Below, piece by piece: positions 29,433 through 39,969 of a stretch of DNA of 64,000 nt. Within the stretch, counting starts at the first letter, position 1; every line of letters starts with the position of its first letter. The notes beneath the pieces were generated by a model. It did not search any database and was not told the origin of the DNA. It saw only the letters and a program-made list of their open reading frames with translations. The stretch comes from Candidatus Poribacteria bacterium (lineage in GTDB: Bacteria > Poribacteria > WGA-4E > WGA-3G). The stretch is from contig CAXXLX010000001.1 of the NCBI GenBank assembly GCA_963665235.2, forward strand, positions 1,888,001-1,952,000. Reading direction: 5' to 3'. The position numbers and the translations under genes are program-made.

Positions 29433-30311
29433 TTAACCATCTTGGGCGGCTGCGCCACTGACAATTTCTGATATTTCTGTTGTGATTTGGGTTTGACGTG
29501 CTCTGTTACGTTGTAGGACCAATTCGTCGATGAGCTCTTTCGCTTTTTGGGTAGCGTTTTCCATCGCTGCCATTCGGGCGGCTTGCTCCGCTGCGTTGGA
29601 GTCTAATAACACCTTCCACATTTGCATGTTCAGATGCTTACCGAGCAGCATCTCAAAGAGTTCTACCTGCCCCGGTTCATAGATATAATCGAGAAAAAGT
29701 TCATCGCCTTCGGGGGTTTCAGGGACAAGGGGGAGCAGCTGCTCAACGAGTACTGTCTGGAGGATAGCAGATTTGAAGTTGTTATAGATAACCTCAACCT
29801 TGTCAATTTCTTTGTCGATATAGAGGTGTTCAAATTCATGAACGACATCGACAGCCGTTTGGAATTCAAGTTGGCGGAAGATATTGATGTATGCATCGGT
29901 GATGTCGTATCCGCGGCGTGAAAAATGTTCCTGTGTACGTCTGCCTATGCAGATAAGCGTCACGTCTGCACCGCCCTCCTGATAATGTTCTATCCGTTGT
30001 GTGGTGGTCCGGATGACGTTGCTGTTGAAACTTCCGCATAACCCCCGGTCGCCGGAGACAGAGATGATACAGACATGTTTGAGTTCTCGGACCTCAAGCA
30101 GGGGATGTGTCAACGCTTCTGTCTCAATGTCCATCTGTGAAATCAGATGTCCGAGGATAGTGTTGAGTTTATCTGCGTAGGGGCGCGTTGCGGTAATGTT
30201 TTCTTGTGCCCGACGGAGCCGCGCGGCAGCGACAACGCGCATTGCATCGGTCACCTGCTCAATGTTTTTAATACTGGCGATGCGTCGCCGAATTTCTCGT
30301 AGGGTTGCCAT
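29433..30311 (-). CDS. atpG: ATP synthase F1 gamma subunit
   Basis: MATLREIRRRI, DRGLCGSFN, EQAARMAAMENAT, RQTQITTEISEI. Confidence 0.97.
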   Translation of the reverse strand: MATLREIRRRIASIKNIEQVTDAMRVVAAARLRRAQENITATRPYADKLNTILGHLISQMDIETEALTHPLLEVRELKHVCIISVSGDRGLCGSFNSNVIRTTTQRIEHYQEGGADVTLICIGRRTQEHFSRRGYDITDAYINIFRQLEFQTAVDVVHEFEHLYIDKEIDKVEVIYNNFKSAILQTVLVEQLLPLVPETPEGDELFLDYIYEPGQVELFEMLLGKHLNMQMWKVLLDSNAAEQAARMAAMENATQKAKELIDELVLQRNRARQTQITTEISEIVSGAAAQDG

Positions 30312-30313
30312 GG

Positions 30314-31918
30314 CTATTCACCTTCTGCCGGGGTTTCTTCTGTCGCTGGAGTGGCATCTTCAGATTGCGTGTCCTCTATTTGGATTTGCGGCATCGGTGT
30401 GTCACTCCAATTTTCCTTGAACGTTTTAACAGCAGCGTGTAAGGTTTGTAGCAATTCATCGCTCAGCACTCCGGTTTCCGAGATTTCGGAGAGGAGCTCC
30501 GCGTGATTCCTGTCGAGGTATTGCAGGAATTCTGCCTCAAACCGGGCGACTTCTGATTCTGGTACATCATCTAAGTAGCCGTTAGTGCCGCAGAAGATAG
30601 AGGCGACCTCGCGTTCAACAGGCATCGGTTGATATTGCGGTTGTTTTAGCAATTCCACGAGCCGTGCCCCGCGCAGGAGCAGCGATTGTGTTAATGCATC
30701 CAGATCGGACCCGAATTGTGCAAAGGCAGCAACCTCGCGGAAACTCGCCAAATCGAGTTTAAGGGTGCCCGCCACCTCATCGGCTTTCATGGCTTTTACC
30801 TGTGCGTCACCGCCAACACGCGAAACAGATATTCCGACATCAATTGCTGGTCTCACCCCTTTGTTGAATAGGTCCGTTGTGAGATATATCTGTCCATCGG
30901 TGATAGAGATAACGTTTGTGGGTATATAGGTAGTCAAGTCGCCTTCAAAGATTTCGATGATAGGGAGTGCGGTAAGGGAGCCGCCGCCCAATTCGTCGCT
31001 AAGTTTTGCAGCGCGTTCTAACAGGCGTGAGTGGAGATAAAAAACATCCCCGGGGTATGCTTCGCGCCCCGGTGGTCTACGTGAAAGGAGCGACATTTGG
31101 CGGTATGCCCATGCATGTTTCGTTAAGTCATCGTAGATGATGAGTGCATGTTTGCCGTTATCTCGGAAGTATTCGCCCATGGAGGTGCCAGAGTAGGGGG
31201 CGATATACTGGAGCGGAGAGGGGGCACTTGCAGCGGCGGAGACAATGGTCGTATACTCCATTGCATTGTGTTCCTGAAGGGTGTTTGCAACTTGTGCCAA
31301 CGTAGAGCCCTTTTGACCGACAGCGACATAGATGCAATAGACATCCGTGTTTTTCTGGCTCAGAATAGCATCTATTGCAATAGCAGTTTTGCCGGTTCGC
31401 CTATCCCCGATGATGAGTTCCCGCTGTCCTCTACCGATGGGTGTTAGGCTGTCAATCGCTTTTAATCCTGTGTAAAGCGGTTCACCGACCGGTTGCCGTT
31501 GAACGATGCCTAGTCCTTTCTGTTCGACGGGGAGTGTGTGTTCCGTATGGATTTCTCCCAATCCATCAATCGGTTGTCCGAGGGCATCGACGATGCGTCC
31601 GAGGAGGGCTTCGCCTACGGGTACTTCAGCGAGTCTTCCGGTGCGTTTGACGGTATCGCCTTCATGTATGAGTTGGTCTTCACCGAACAGTACGCACCCG
31701 ACGTTGTCCTCTTCAAGGTTAAAGGCGATGCCGTATATATCGTTTGGGAATTCAATCATTTCGCTTGCCATTGCGTTAGCAAGCCCATGCACCCGTGCGA
31801 TTCCATCGCCGACCTCGAGCACAGTGCCGGAGTCATAGATGTCTACGTCCTGTTCGAACTGTTGGAGCTGTTGTTTAAGGATATTTGATATTTCGTCCGG
31901 TCGGACTTCTCTTGCCAT
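30314..31918 (-). CDS. atpA: ATP synthase F1 alpha subunit
   Basis: [44 protein letters not shown]. Confidence 0.98.
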   Translation of the reverse strand: MAREVRPDEISNILKQQLQQFEQDVDIYDSGTVLEVGDGIARVHGLANAMASEMIEFPNDIYGIAFNLEEDNVGCVLFGEDQLIHEGDTVKRTGRLAEVPVGEALLGRIVDALGQPIDGLGEIHTEHTLPVEQKGLGIVQRQPVGEPLYTGLKAIDSLTPIGRGQRELIIGDRRTGKTAIAIDAILSQKNTDVYCIYVAVGQKGSTLAQVANTLQEHNAMEYTTIVSAAASAPSPLQYIAPYSGTSMGEYFRDNGKHALIIYDDLTKHAWAYRQMSLLSRRPPGREAYPGDVFYLHSRLLERAAKLSDELGGGSLTALPIIEIFEGDLTTYIPTNVISITDGQIYLTTDLFNKGVRPAIDVGISVSRVGGDAQVKAMKADEVAGTLKLDLASFREVAAFAQFGSDLDALTQSLLLRGARLVELLKQPQYQPMPVEREVASIFCGTNGYLDDVPESEVARFEAEFLQYLDRNHAELLSEISETGVLSDELLQTLHAAVKTFKENWSDTPMPQIQIEDTQSEDATPATEETPAEGE

Positions 31919-32018
31919 ATTTTTAACATTCCTTGCGGAGATTTTTGTTTTCTGATGTTATTCAACAGAGCCCTCCGCTGTAGCCTTTATTAACATTCCT
32001 TATTCCGAACCGCGTCCG

Positions 32019-32558
32019 CTAGCCTTTTGCGAGTTGTTGTTTCAAACGTTGGAGTTGTGTTGCGACGCTTGCGTCAAAAACGGTGTCCTCCAACTGTACG
32101 ATGAACCCGCCTTGGATTTGTGCGTCCGTTGTGGTTTCCAACCTGACCTGTTTTCCGGAATATGCGCTGAGCTGTTGTGATAGTTGTCCCTGCTGTTCTG
32201 AGGTCATGGGGACAGCCGTTGTGACGTTTGCGACGAGTCTGCCGGCGGCTTCATCAACGATACCCAAAAAGACCTCCGCTATCGCCACGAGATGTCGTTC
32301 GCGTTGTCTTGATGCCAAAAGCCGTAAGAAGTTAAGCGTCAGCGGGTGGAGCGTATCGGCGAAAAGCTGTTGAAACATATCTCCCTTCGCTTGCGGTGAC
32401 AAGATGGGACTGCTGATGAATTGCGCGAATTCTTCGGATTCTTCAATTAGCAGCAGCAGGCTGTTTACGTCCGCCACGATGGGTTCCACGGCGTTCTGTT
32501 CGAGTGCTGCCTCATATAAGGCACGTGCATAAGGTTTTGCGACCCGAATGACTCTCAT
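32019..32558 (-). CDS. atpH: ATP synthase delta subunit
   Basis: AKPYARALYE, IQGG...VFDASV; operon position. Confidence 0.95.
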   Translation of the reverse strand: MRVIRVAKPYARALYEAALEQNAVEPIVADVNSLLLLIEESEEFAQFISSPILSPQAKGDMFQQLFADTLHPLTLNFLRLLASRQRERHLVAIAEVFLGIVDEAAGRLVANVTTAVPMTSEQQGQLSQQLSAYSGKQVRLETTTDAQIQGGFIVQLEDTVFDASVATQLQRLKQQLAKG

Positions 32559-32576
32559 AGTTGGTTTTCACCTCAG

Positions 32577-33170
32577 TTAAGGGGCAATCTCAGGCAATCG
32601 GTTAATGGATGCATCAATAATATGCTGATGTTTTTCGGTATTGAGTTCAGCACTGATAATTTTGCTTGCTGCATCAATAGCGAGTTCGGCGACAACGCCG
32701 CGCAATTCAGCGATAGCTTCATCCTTTTCGCGCTGGATTTCTGCTCGGGCTCTTTCGATTTCAGCGGCAGCCTCTTGCCGTGCTTGTGTGAGAATTTCTT
32801 GCCGTTCCGTGTTCCCCTGCTCTATTGCTGCTTGGATTTTCGCCTGCGATTCAGTTTCCACATCGCCGAGGCGTTGTCGGATTTCAGCATTCAGGCGGTC
32901 CAACTCCTGTTGGTCGTTCTCTAATTTTTCGAGTCGAGCCGCTGTGTCCTGCTGGCGTTCCTCTAAGAGCCCACCGACCCTGCCGAAGACGAACTTCCAT
33001 AACACAAAAAGCACGACAAGAAAGCCGATGACCTGGAGAAGGATTGTCTTTCCATCAATGCCAAGTTGTGCTAGTACGCCCCCTTCACCGGAGGGAGCGT
33101 CAGCGGCGAATGCACTGGCGATACATATCCCGATTAGAATGAGACACCCTGCATATATTTTTCTTCTCAT
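32577..33170 (-). CDS. atpF: ATP synthase Fo subunit b
   Basis: TM QVIGFLVVLFVLWKFVF followed by coiled coil; signal-like N-terminal extension; start approximate. Confidence 0.9.
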   Translation of the reverse strand: MRRKIYAGCLILIGICIASAFAADAPSGEGGVLAQLGIDGKTILLQVIGFLVVLFVLWKFVFGRVGGLLEERQQDTAARLEKLENDQQELDRLNAEIRQRLGDVETESQAKIQAAIEQGNTERQEILTQARQEAAAEIERARAEIQREKDEAIAELRGVVAELAIDAASKIISAELNTEKHQHIIDASINRLPEIAP

Positions 33171-33254
33171 GGGTTTCCTGTACGCTGATGCGTGCTTTTC
33201 CAACAAGTTGGGGGCACTTTAGCGGATGCCCCAATTTGTTGGAGGTTGGGGTTA

Positions 33255-33569
33255 TTATTCCCCGAGGTTGTCAACGACTTGATGGGTTTCCCCGCGTTTC
33301 GCGTCCGCTTCGATCATCCCTTTCAGCATCTCATCTGCTGGAAGTTTTGCCACCAAGATAAAAAACATTAAAAGCGCGTAGATAACAAGTGATTCAATGA
33401 GGGCCAAACCGATGATCATCGCGGTCTGAATTTTAGGTGCTGACTCCGGTTGACGTGCAATCCCCTCAAGGGCGGTACTCGTTGCTTTGCCTTGTGCCGT
33501 TGAGGCAAAAATAACAGCGATTGGCAAACCCAATGTTGCACCAAACGCCAACACTGCTAGGTATATCAT
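33255..33569 (-). CDS. atpE: ATP synthase Fo subunit c
   Basis: AQG...EGIARQPE...GLALIESLVIYA. Confidence 0.95.
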   Translation of the reverse strand: MIYLAVLAFGATLGLPIAVIFASTAQGKATSTALEGIARQPESAPKIQTAMIIGLALIESLVIYALLMFFILVAKLPADEMLKGMIEADAKRGETHQVVDNLGE

Positions 33570-33647
33570 GAAATTTTTCTCCTCTGTTATGAGATTAGAC
33601 TGTCGCCGGGGTCTTGCAACCGGGGCAGTCGCTTTGTGAATTTAAAT

Positions 33648-34511
33648 TTAATGATGCGCTTCATGCGCTTCATCATCGTGCGTTACAAACAGCACGATAT
33701 AGATAGATGTTAGAATCGTAAAGACAAACGCTTGCAGAAAGCCTCCGAACAATCCGAAGAAAAGCATCGGGACTTGAACCGGTACGAATGGAATAGCATC
33801 AAGGATAAGGATGCCGAGTCCGAGCTTAGTAAGCTCTATAAGCACCGATTCTTCACCGAAGATGTTTCCGAAAAGTCGGATAGCAAGGGAGCCAGCCCGG
33901 GATAACTGCGCGATGACTTCAAGTGGAAACATTAAAAATCCTAACCAGGGTGGATTCCCGATTAGATGTTTGAGATATCCGCCGATTCCGTTCTCTTTAA
34001 TAGCGATGATTTGAACGCCCAACACAGCTGTTATGCCGAGGGCGAGCGTTGTATTTAAATCTGCTGTCGGGGATTGAAAACCTGGGACGAGACCGATGTA
34101 GTTTAACGCGAGAATAAACACGAAGCATGAACCAACGAAAGGCACATATTTTTTGCCGTGTTCACCGAGGATGCCTCCGAAGAAATCAATTAGTCCTCCG
34201 ACAAAAAGTTCGAGCAGGGTTTGCCCTTTTCCTTCCGGAAGCCGCTTCAGTTTTCGTGTTACAAACATGAAAAAGAGCGTTAGAAGGACAACGATAAAGT
34301 ATGTATTTGGAATCAGATCTGGTTGATGCCACCGATTCGGTTCCGGAATGATGTTATCAGGTAACACCCGTGAAAGTGAATAAAGCCAGGAGCGATGTTC
34401 ATGCTCTCCGCCGTGCGCGTCCTCATCTGAGGCTACATCATCCGCGGTGAAACCCCCTGCTGCTATCAGCATTAACCCGATAACCGTGAAAATAAGCGGT
34501 ATTTTTTTCAT
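33648..34511 (-). CDS. atpB: ATP synthase Fo subunit a
   Basis: PTADLN, SLAIRLFGNI, LQAFVFTILT. Confidence 0.96.
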   Translation of the reverse strand: MKKIPLIFTVIGLMLIAAGGFTADDVASDEDAHGGEHEHRSWLYSLSRVLPDNIIPEPNRWHQPDLIPNTYFIVVLLTLFFMFVTRKLKRLPEGKGQTLLELFVGGLIDFFGGILGEHGKKYVPFVGSCFVFILALNYIGLVPGFQSPTADLNTTLALGITAVLGVQIIAIKENGIGGYLKHLIGNPPWLGFLMFPLEVIAQLSRAGSLAIRLFGNIFGEESVLIELTKLGLGILILDAIPFVPVQVPMLFFGLFGGFLQAFVFTILTSIYIVLFVTHDDEAHEAHH

Positions 34512-34586
34512 GTGACGTGTATTACTGTTCTTCCTATCTTGAAATTGGTGTTTGTAGGTCAGGTTGAACGAAGATAAACCGGATTT

Positions 34587-34994
34587 TCACTGTGACTCCG
34601 AATCTTCGTTCGTCAGAATTCCGACCATCAAACCGATGGCTTTAAAAATGATGGCAATCTGGGTTAAAGCGATACCGCCCCCCAAGGCATAGTAATTCAG
34701 CCACTTCGCCTTAAATAGGAGAAAGAGACATACGCCTAACACCGCATACTTGCCGAAGGCGATGAAAATCAGCACGTATTTGGTTTTCAACGACTTTCCT
34801 GGCCGGATAAGCCTCCGAACCGTGAACGCAATCGACCAGAACACGCTGAGACTGATAGCACTTCCGATAAGAAAACTCGGAAGGACAGCACGGTTAAACA
34901 CTAGCAGTACGGCTGAAACTAAAACGGTTAGCAGAATTGTCAACACATAGACTTGCCGTATAAACCGAGCATCGACTTCAAAAGCGGTCTTCAT
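34587..34994 (-). CDS. atpI: ATP synthase subunit I-like 4-TM protein
   Basis: Four TM helices immediately upstream of atpB. Confidence 0.75.
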   Translation of the reverse strand: MKTAFEVDARFIRQVYVLTILLTVLVSAVLLVFNRAVLPSFLIGSAISLSVFWSIAFTVRRLIRPGKSLKTKYVLIFIAFGKYAVLGVCLFLLFKAKWLNYYALGGGIALTQIAIIFKAIGLMVGILTNEDSESQ

Positions 34995-34997
34995 GCG

Positions 34998-35279
34998 TCA
35001 CCTCTCCTCTGTAGGGGGATTGTCACGTTTCTGTTTTTCCATGCGTTCAAGTTGTCGATTCCAGCGCGCGACTGAGCGGAACATTTCCATGAAACCAGCG
35101 GCGACCCCCAGTCCAAACCCGATATACGAGCCGATTTCTGCACTCCCTAATTTCCCGCCAATCCATTTCCCTCCAAAATAACCGATACATATAGCAAGGG
35201 CAAGCGTTATCCCGATGGAAGCAAGGTCGAACATTCCTATATTTTCATGTTTGAATTGATTTAGCCGACGTTTTAACAT
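34998..35279 (-). CDS. AtpZ/AtpQ (ATP synthase gene 1) family protein
   Basis: 2 TM, GYFGGKWIG...GFGLGVAAGF. Confidence 0.8.
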   Translation of the reverse strand: MLKRRLNQFKHENIGMFDLASIGITLALAICIGYFGGKWIGGKLGSAEIGSYIGFGLGVAAGFMEMFRSVARWNRQLERMEKQKRDNPPTEER

Positions 35280-35413
35280 GACAAGTTGCTCCCATAAGAT
35301 GAAAACGGTGTTAGAAACAGATTGCCTCTTGCTCTGCTAGGCAGTGATATATATTATACCACAAAATCGGAGAGAATGCAAAAGAAAACGGAATTTTTGC
35401 GGTTACACGGTCT

Positions 35414-36853
35414 TCACTTGGATTGAATCAAGACTGCCCAATGCGCTTCGGTTGGTGCAGATAAGGTTATGCTATTGTCGTGAGAGATTTCCTCCGCTTG
35501 TGTCCATTCGCTTTTAGCGATATCTATCCATCTTATTGTGAGCGTTTCGGTATCTATGCGCTGTTCTCCCGTGCTCAGATTGATATCGACCGAGCCGCCG
35601 TTCGGAAAGTAGATAGCGTATTCACGTCCAGGGTTTGCGAATGCATAAGCCCCGTTATCTGCTCTATTGGAAAGCAGGTCATTGTGTGGCTCACATCTAA
35701 AAACGTCCATCTCATCCGTGAGAATTCGCATGCTTTTCAGGTGTGCCTGTGCTATTTCGCTCAAGCCAACGCCGCTATCGGGTCGGTGGAATCGTGCGGA
35801 TGCGAATCCGCCGAAGATATTTCTCCAAAACCGTTCTAATCCATCTTGAGTACTACCGAATCGTCCGCCATCTGCCCCGTAAATTTTAATGTTATTGATA
35901 GGACGGATTGGCGAGAGGTGTGTCCGAATCTTCTGGGCGTTATCCCAGTGCCGTTGCCGTTTCTGATGATTATTCTGAGATATATCACAAAAGGAGTAGG
36001 TTTCCGGGTGGTCAAACGTAGCTTTATGTTTATCATCGGATAAATCCCACGGATCCCACATTTCGGTAGTTTCCACAACGCGTCCTGCTGCTGTTGCCTG
36101 TTTCTGTATATACGTTGCCCAATATTCTCCCCATGCAGCGGTGACAGCCGTTTCGTTGTCCATGCAGTAGAGGATATGCCCGTAGGGGAGCGTCTCCGCG
36201 AGCAGTTTATCCACAAATTTCTCCTGATATTTCAGGACAATCTGCTGATTACGTTCTTTCGGTACAGACCAGAAAAAGTTGTTATCCGTTGCAACAGGAT
36301 GGGTTTTTACAACGGTCGGTAATCCTGTCTCCTCTGCGGTGTAATTGCTGTTATTTTTGGGATTGAAAGGGTTTGCCGCCCAAGGCTCTCGGTAATAGTT
36401 GAAGGTTGCCCACACCTCAATTTGGACGATAATATCCATCTCATGTGTCCAGGTTATGAAGTTCCGAAAACGGTTCCAAAATTCTTCGTTCCACTGATTT
36501 AAGTCATATTTTTCACCGACCTTTTTAAAGGGGGGTACATCGCCTTCATCAACCCAACTCATCGTGGAGCGCACATAGTTCCCACCGACCGACTTCAACA
36601 GTTCAAGGTGTTCTTTGAGATTCGGAATCTGAAACAGATTGTCCTCAACGGAACCGCCGATTAGGAGAATCGGTTCACCCTTATATTGCCAATAACGTGG
36701 GTTTTCTTTATAAATCTGAATTCGGTTTTTTTCCATATCTCTATCCTTTTCGACTTCGGCATCCTCTGCTGCCGCTGCACAAACGGATACGACTATGAGC
36801 AGTGCTAGCACAAGCTTGCCGATAGCTAAGCGTGGGGCCCACAGGTTTTCCAT
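35414..36853 (-). CDS. Secreted glycoside-hydrolase-like protein (DUF6298/DUF4038-like TIM barrel, C-terminal beta domain)
   Basis: Signal peptide; NPRYWQYKGEP, GNYVR, YDLNQWNEEFW, DNE, YAIYFPNGG. Confidence 0.65.
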   Translation of the reverse strand: MENLWAPRLAIGKLVLALLIVVSVCAAAAEDAEVEKDRDMEKNRIQIYKENPRYWQYKGEPILLIGGSVEDNLFQIPNLKEHLELLKSVGGNYVRSTMSWVDEGDVPPFKKVGEKYDLNQWNEEFWNRFRNFITWTHEMDIIVQIEVWATFNYYREPWAANPFNPKNNSNYTAEETGLPTVVKTHPVATDNNFFWSVPKERNQQIVLKYQEKFVDKLLAETLPYGHILYCMDNETAVTAAWGEYWATYIQKQATAAGRVVETTEMWDPWDLSDDKHKATFDHPETYSFCDISQNNHQKRQRHWDNAQKIRTHLSPIRPINNIKIYGADGGRFGSTQDGLERFWRNIFGGFASARFHRPDSGVGLSEIAQAHLKSMRILTDEMDVFRCEPHNDLLSNRADNGAYAFANPGREYAIYFPNGGSVDINLSTGEQRIDTETLTIRWIDIAKSEWTQAEEISHDNSITLSAPTEAHWAVLIQSK

Positions 36854-37066
36854 AAGAGTTGTCTCCTGCATACAAGGCAGTTTCAAAAATTGTTATCAAG
36901 ACGATATATATTATACCGTAACATTTGACGCGCAATCCGGCTGTTCATGGATAGCACACGGATATCCGTGAAAATTCTGAAATGTCTGGATATCCCTCCC
37001 GCGAAGACTCTTTTCTTGCACACAGCTAGCATTTGGTGGTATACTACATGAAAAAGTAAGACTGAG

Positions 37067-37927
37067 GTGATTCTAATGGATAGCTATCTAAAGTTAGTTC
37101 TAGAATGCGGTTTGTATTGTATTGCAAACGCGTTCAGTTGTAGTATGATAATGTGTGTGCTTATGATGTGTAGTATAATAGGTTGTGCAGTTCAATCCCC
37201 TACTGAAAAGATGGAATGGGGTTACGAAGCGGAGAATGGCCCGGAGGTTTGGGGGCAACTCAAGCCGGAATATATCCTTTGCGCGGTAGGGAAACATCAA
37301 TCCCCTATTGACATTGTGAACGCTACGCCAGCGGAACTTCCCCCGCTTACTCACGTATACAATTCATCGGTAGGTATGAACATTCGTAACAATGGCCATA
37401 CAATTGAAGTTACGTATCCGGAGGGAAGCTGGATTGAGGTCGATGACACGCGGTACCAGCTGCTTCAATTCCATTTCCACGCGCCGAGCGAACATACGGT
37501 GGCAGGTAAACTGTTCGATATGGAGATGCACCTCGTTCACAAAAGTAAGACTGGCGACCTGGCGGTGCTTGGGGTGTTCATTGAGAGTGGTGGTCATAAC
37601 GCCGCTTTTGAGCCTGTCTGGGACCATCTGCCTTCGGGCCCAGGTGAAACGCAGCATGTGGCGGATGTTACCATCGACCTGCGTAACATCTTATCACCAA
37701 TTGCGGAGGTAACCGAGGAGGGCCAGACTGTTTTTCCCAACTACTACCGTTACGACGGTTCACTGACAACGCCGCCTTGTTCGGAGGGTGTCAAATGGAG
37801 CGTGCTGACAACGCCTCTTGAGATGTCGGAAACGCAAATTATGGCATTCAAAGCGATTATCCATGACAACAACCGACCGGTCCAGCCGTTGAATGGACGA
37901 GAACTGCTTCAAAGGAGAGAAAAATGA
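37067..37927 (+). CDS. Alpha-class carbonic anhydrase (probable lipoprotein)
   Basis: QSPIDI, NNGHT, QFHFH..SEH, EMHLVH, GSLTTPPCSEGV, NNRPVQPLN. Confidence 0.95.
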   Translation: MILMDSYLKLVLECGLYCIANAFSCSMIMCVLMMCSIIGCAVQSPTEKMEWGYEAENGPEVWGQLKPEYILCAVGKHQSPIDIVNATPAELPPLTHVYNSSVGMNIRNNGHTIEVTYPEGSWIEVDDTRYQLLQFHFHAPSEHTVAGKLFDMEMHLVHKSKTGDLAVLGVFIESGGHNAAFEPVWDHLPSGPGETQHVADVTIDLRNILSPIAEVTEEGQTVFPNYYRYDGSLTTPPCSEGVKWSVLTTPLEMSETQIMAFKAIIHDNNRPVQPLNGRELLQRREK

Positions 37928-38172
37928 ATAATTATATGGACATCATCACATTCGAACCGGGCAAGCGCAGCGGGCAGCCCTGTATTCGCGGGATGCGAAT
38001 CACCGTCTACGATATCTTCGAGTACCTTGCTGCGGGGATGACAGTTGAGGAAGTTCTTGACGATTTTCCTGAATTGACTGAGATGGACATCCGCGCCTGT
38101 TTCGCGTACGCTGCAGATAAAAACAAATCGCAGATGATTGTTTTTAGTAATAGAAATAAGAAATTTGCGTAA
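37924..38172 (+). CDS. DUF433 protein (antitoxin-like)
   Basis: PGKRSGQPCIRGMRITV...EEVLDDFPEL. Confidence 0.92.
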   Translation: MNNYMDIITFEPGKRSGQPCIRGMRITVYDIFEYLAAGMTVEEVLDDFPELTEMDIRACFAYAADKNKSQMIVFSNRNKKFA

Positions 38173-38288
38173 GTTCTATTCTATTAACATGAGCTTGATA
38201 ATAAATGTCCGTTTGTTATTAGCAATTGGCAAAACGCAACATCAATTTTTTCCAAACAGGTCAGGCATGAACCCCCCGCCAGCAGTAT

Positions 38289-38317
38289 AAAAAAAGGCGA
38301 GGAACGCAACCTCGCCT
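38289..38317 (-). terminator. Terminator-like hairpin downstream of the FGE gene
   Basis: AGGCGAGG-TTGCGTT-CCTCGCCT followed by a T run on the minus strand. Confidence 0.55.
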
Positions 38318-38379
38318 ATAAACAACAACCTTAAACCCCTACCTGCCAAAGCAGATTGGAGACGTAAAGAGGTAAACAT

Positions 38380-39504
38380 TTAAGGCGTTACAGCCCTCAC
38401 ACAACGAAAACCGTTGGCATAGCTCGAGTACGGCGGCGCAGGGTTGTAGCGATAGGCGACCCGCACGGTTCGTCCTATAAAGTTCCAGGAGCCACCACGC
38501 ATAACGCGGGAACTTTTAACATCTTGATAATTATTTATTAATTCCTCGATACTATTTGCACCCGACAACGGATTCCGAGCAGGAGAAACCGAATAGAAAT
38601 TGGCGTTATACTCGTCCAAGCACCACTCCGAAACGTTACCAGCCATATCGAATAAACCGTACCGATTTGCAGTATATTTACCCACTGCCGTGGTATCGTT
38701 AATATGCTTATTGTAGTTTGCCTTTGTGGAAACCAGGGTATTGCCCCACGGATATTCTAGACCGGCTAAACCACCACGTGCAGCCTTCTCCCACTCCGCT
38801 TCTGTCGGCAGCCGTTTCTCCGCCCACTCCGCGTAAGCCATCGCACCATACCAACTTACGTATGTCACAGGGTGATTCGCATACACCTTTCTTGCACGAT
38901 ACTTACCGGATACGAACTCAATTTGAGAACGATCTTCACCAATATGATACCAAGTGATATCATCCTCAGGATGTTTACCTTCCTCAGCATGTTTACCTTT
39001 AGCATTGAGAAACTCAGCATATTGGGCGTTGGTGACCTCGTACTTATCCATGTAAAACGCATCTACGTAAACCGAATGAACCGGTTTTTCATTGTGTTCA
39101 CGACCTCCCATCTGAAATTCACCCTCGGGGATCAGCACCATTCCTTCAGGCGGGGACGAAATATCAGGTTCCTCGGGTTCGGGTACTGCAACAGTGTAGG
39201 TAAGTGAAGTAGCACCATCATCCCACGTGAGGACAAGGTTCAACGTGCCTGGCGTAAAAGGACCTCTTATTGTTGCATTCACACCAGAGCGGGATACTTT
39301 TCCGTTATTCGCTTTCAACCCTGTGGGGGTGCCATCAAAAGTAACGATAATCTTCCCATCTGTTTGAATCGTGCTGCCATCTGCGGGAATTGCTTTGGTA
39401 AACGACACCGTTTCTTCCTCTTCTGTCTCATCACAGCCACTAAAGGCAATCGCAAGGCAAGTGCCAAGTATAACTATTGATAAGAGATGAAAACATTTTT
39501 TCAT
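38380..39504 (-). CDS. FGE-sulfatase/SUMF1 (CLec-fold) domain lipoprotein with Ig-like N-terminal domain
   Basis: Lipobox FSGC; MDKYEVTNAQY, RLPTEAEWEKAARGG, DMAGNVSEW, RGGSW...GFRC; no FGE catalytic cysteine pair. Confidence 0.9.
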   Translation of the reverse strand: MKKCFHLLSIVILGTCLAIAFSGCDETEEEETVSFTKAIPADGSTIQTDGKIIVTFDGTPTGLKANNGKVSRSGVNATIRGPFTPGTLNLVLTWDDGATSLTYTVAVPEPEEPDISSPPEGMVLIPEGEFQMGGREHNEKPVHSVYVDAFYMDKYEVTNAQYAEFLNAKGKHAEEGKHPEDDITWYHIGEDRSQIEFVSGKYRARKVYANHPVTYVSWYGAMAYAEWAEKRLPTEAEWEKAARGGLAGLEYPWGNTLVSTKANYNKHINDTTAVGKYTANRYGLFDMAGNVSEWCLDEYNANFYSVSPARNPLSGANSIEELINNYQDVKSSRVMRGGSWNFIGRTVRVAYRYNPAPPYSSYANGFRCVRAVTP

Positions 39505-39634
39505 AAAATCCTCCCTTCTTTGTTCATTGTTTGAACCAGAAAAATCGTATAAATCTTGAAGTTCCACTGTTTTAACTCCGTTATATTCAGTTGATTCGTT
39601 GGATATGTATCCAGAGAAACCGATTCGCTTGGGT

Positions 39635-39766
39635 TTATTTCAATAGCCACATTTTCCGCACACTTTTCGTGCTGCCTGCCGCAAACTGATAGAAATAGAG
39701 GCCAGTAGCGACCGGTTCACCGACATCGTTTTTGCCATCCCAATAGGCGGCACGCGCCCGGTTCTG
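39635..39766 (-). pseudogene. Orphan 3' remnant of a FlgD/T9SS-like C-terminal domain gene
   Basis: Reads QNRARAAYWDGKNDVGEPVATGLYFYQFAAGSTKSVRKMWLLK* with no start; REP-like sequence upstream. Confidence 0.7.
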
Positions 39767-39969
39767 ACCCGCGGAGCAGGATGTTTACCTGAATACTAGA
39801 AAACGGAGGTCGCGAGCACAGCACGCTCCTACAGAAGACAGAAGCGCGAACACAGCTCGCTCCTACTCAGAACCCGAACCAACGCCCAACAGCCATGGAC
39901 CTAGCATATATTAGGTAGCGCTGCTTTTCACCTTCTGCACAATGGTGTTTGCGCTAAAGTTCTATTAGA

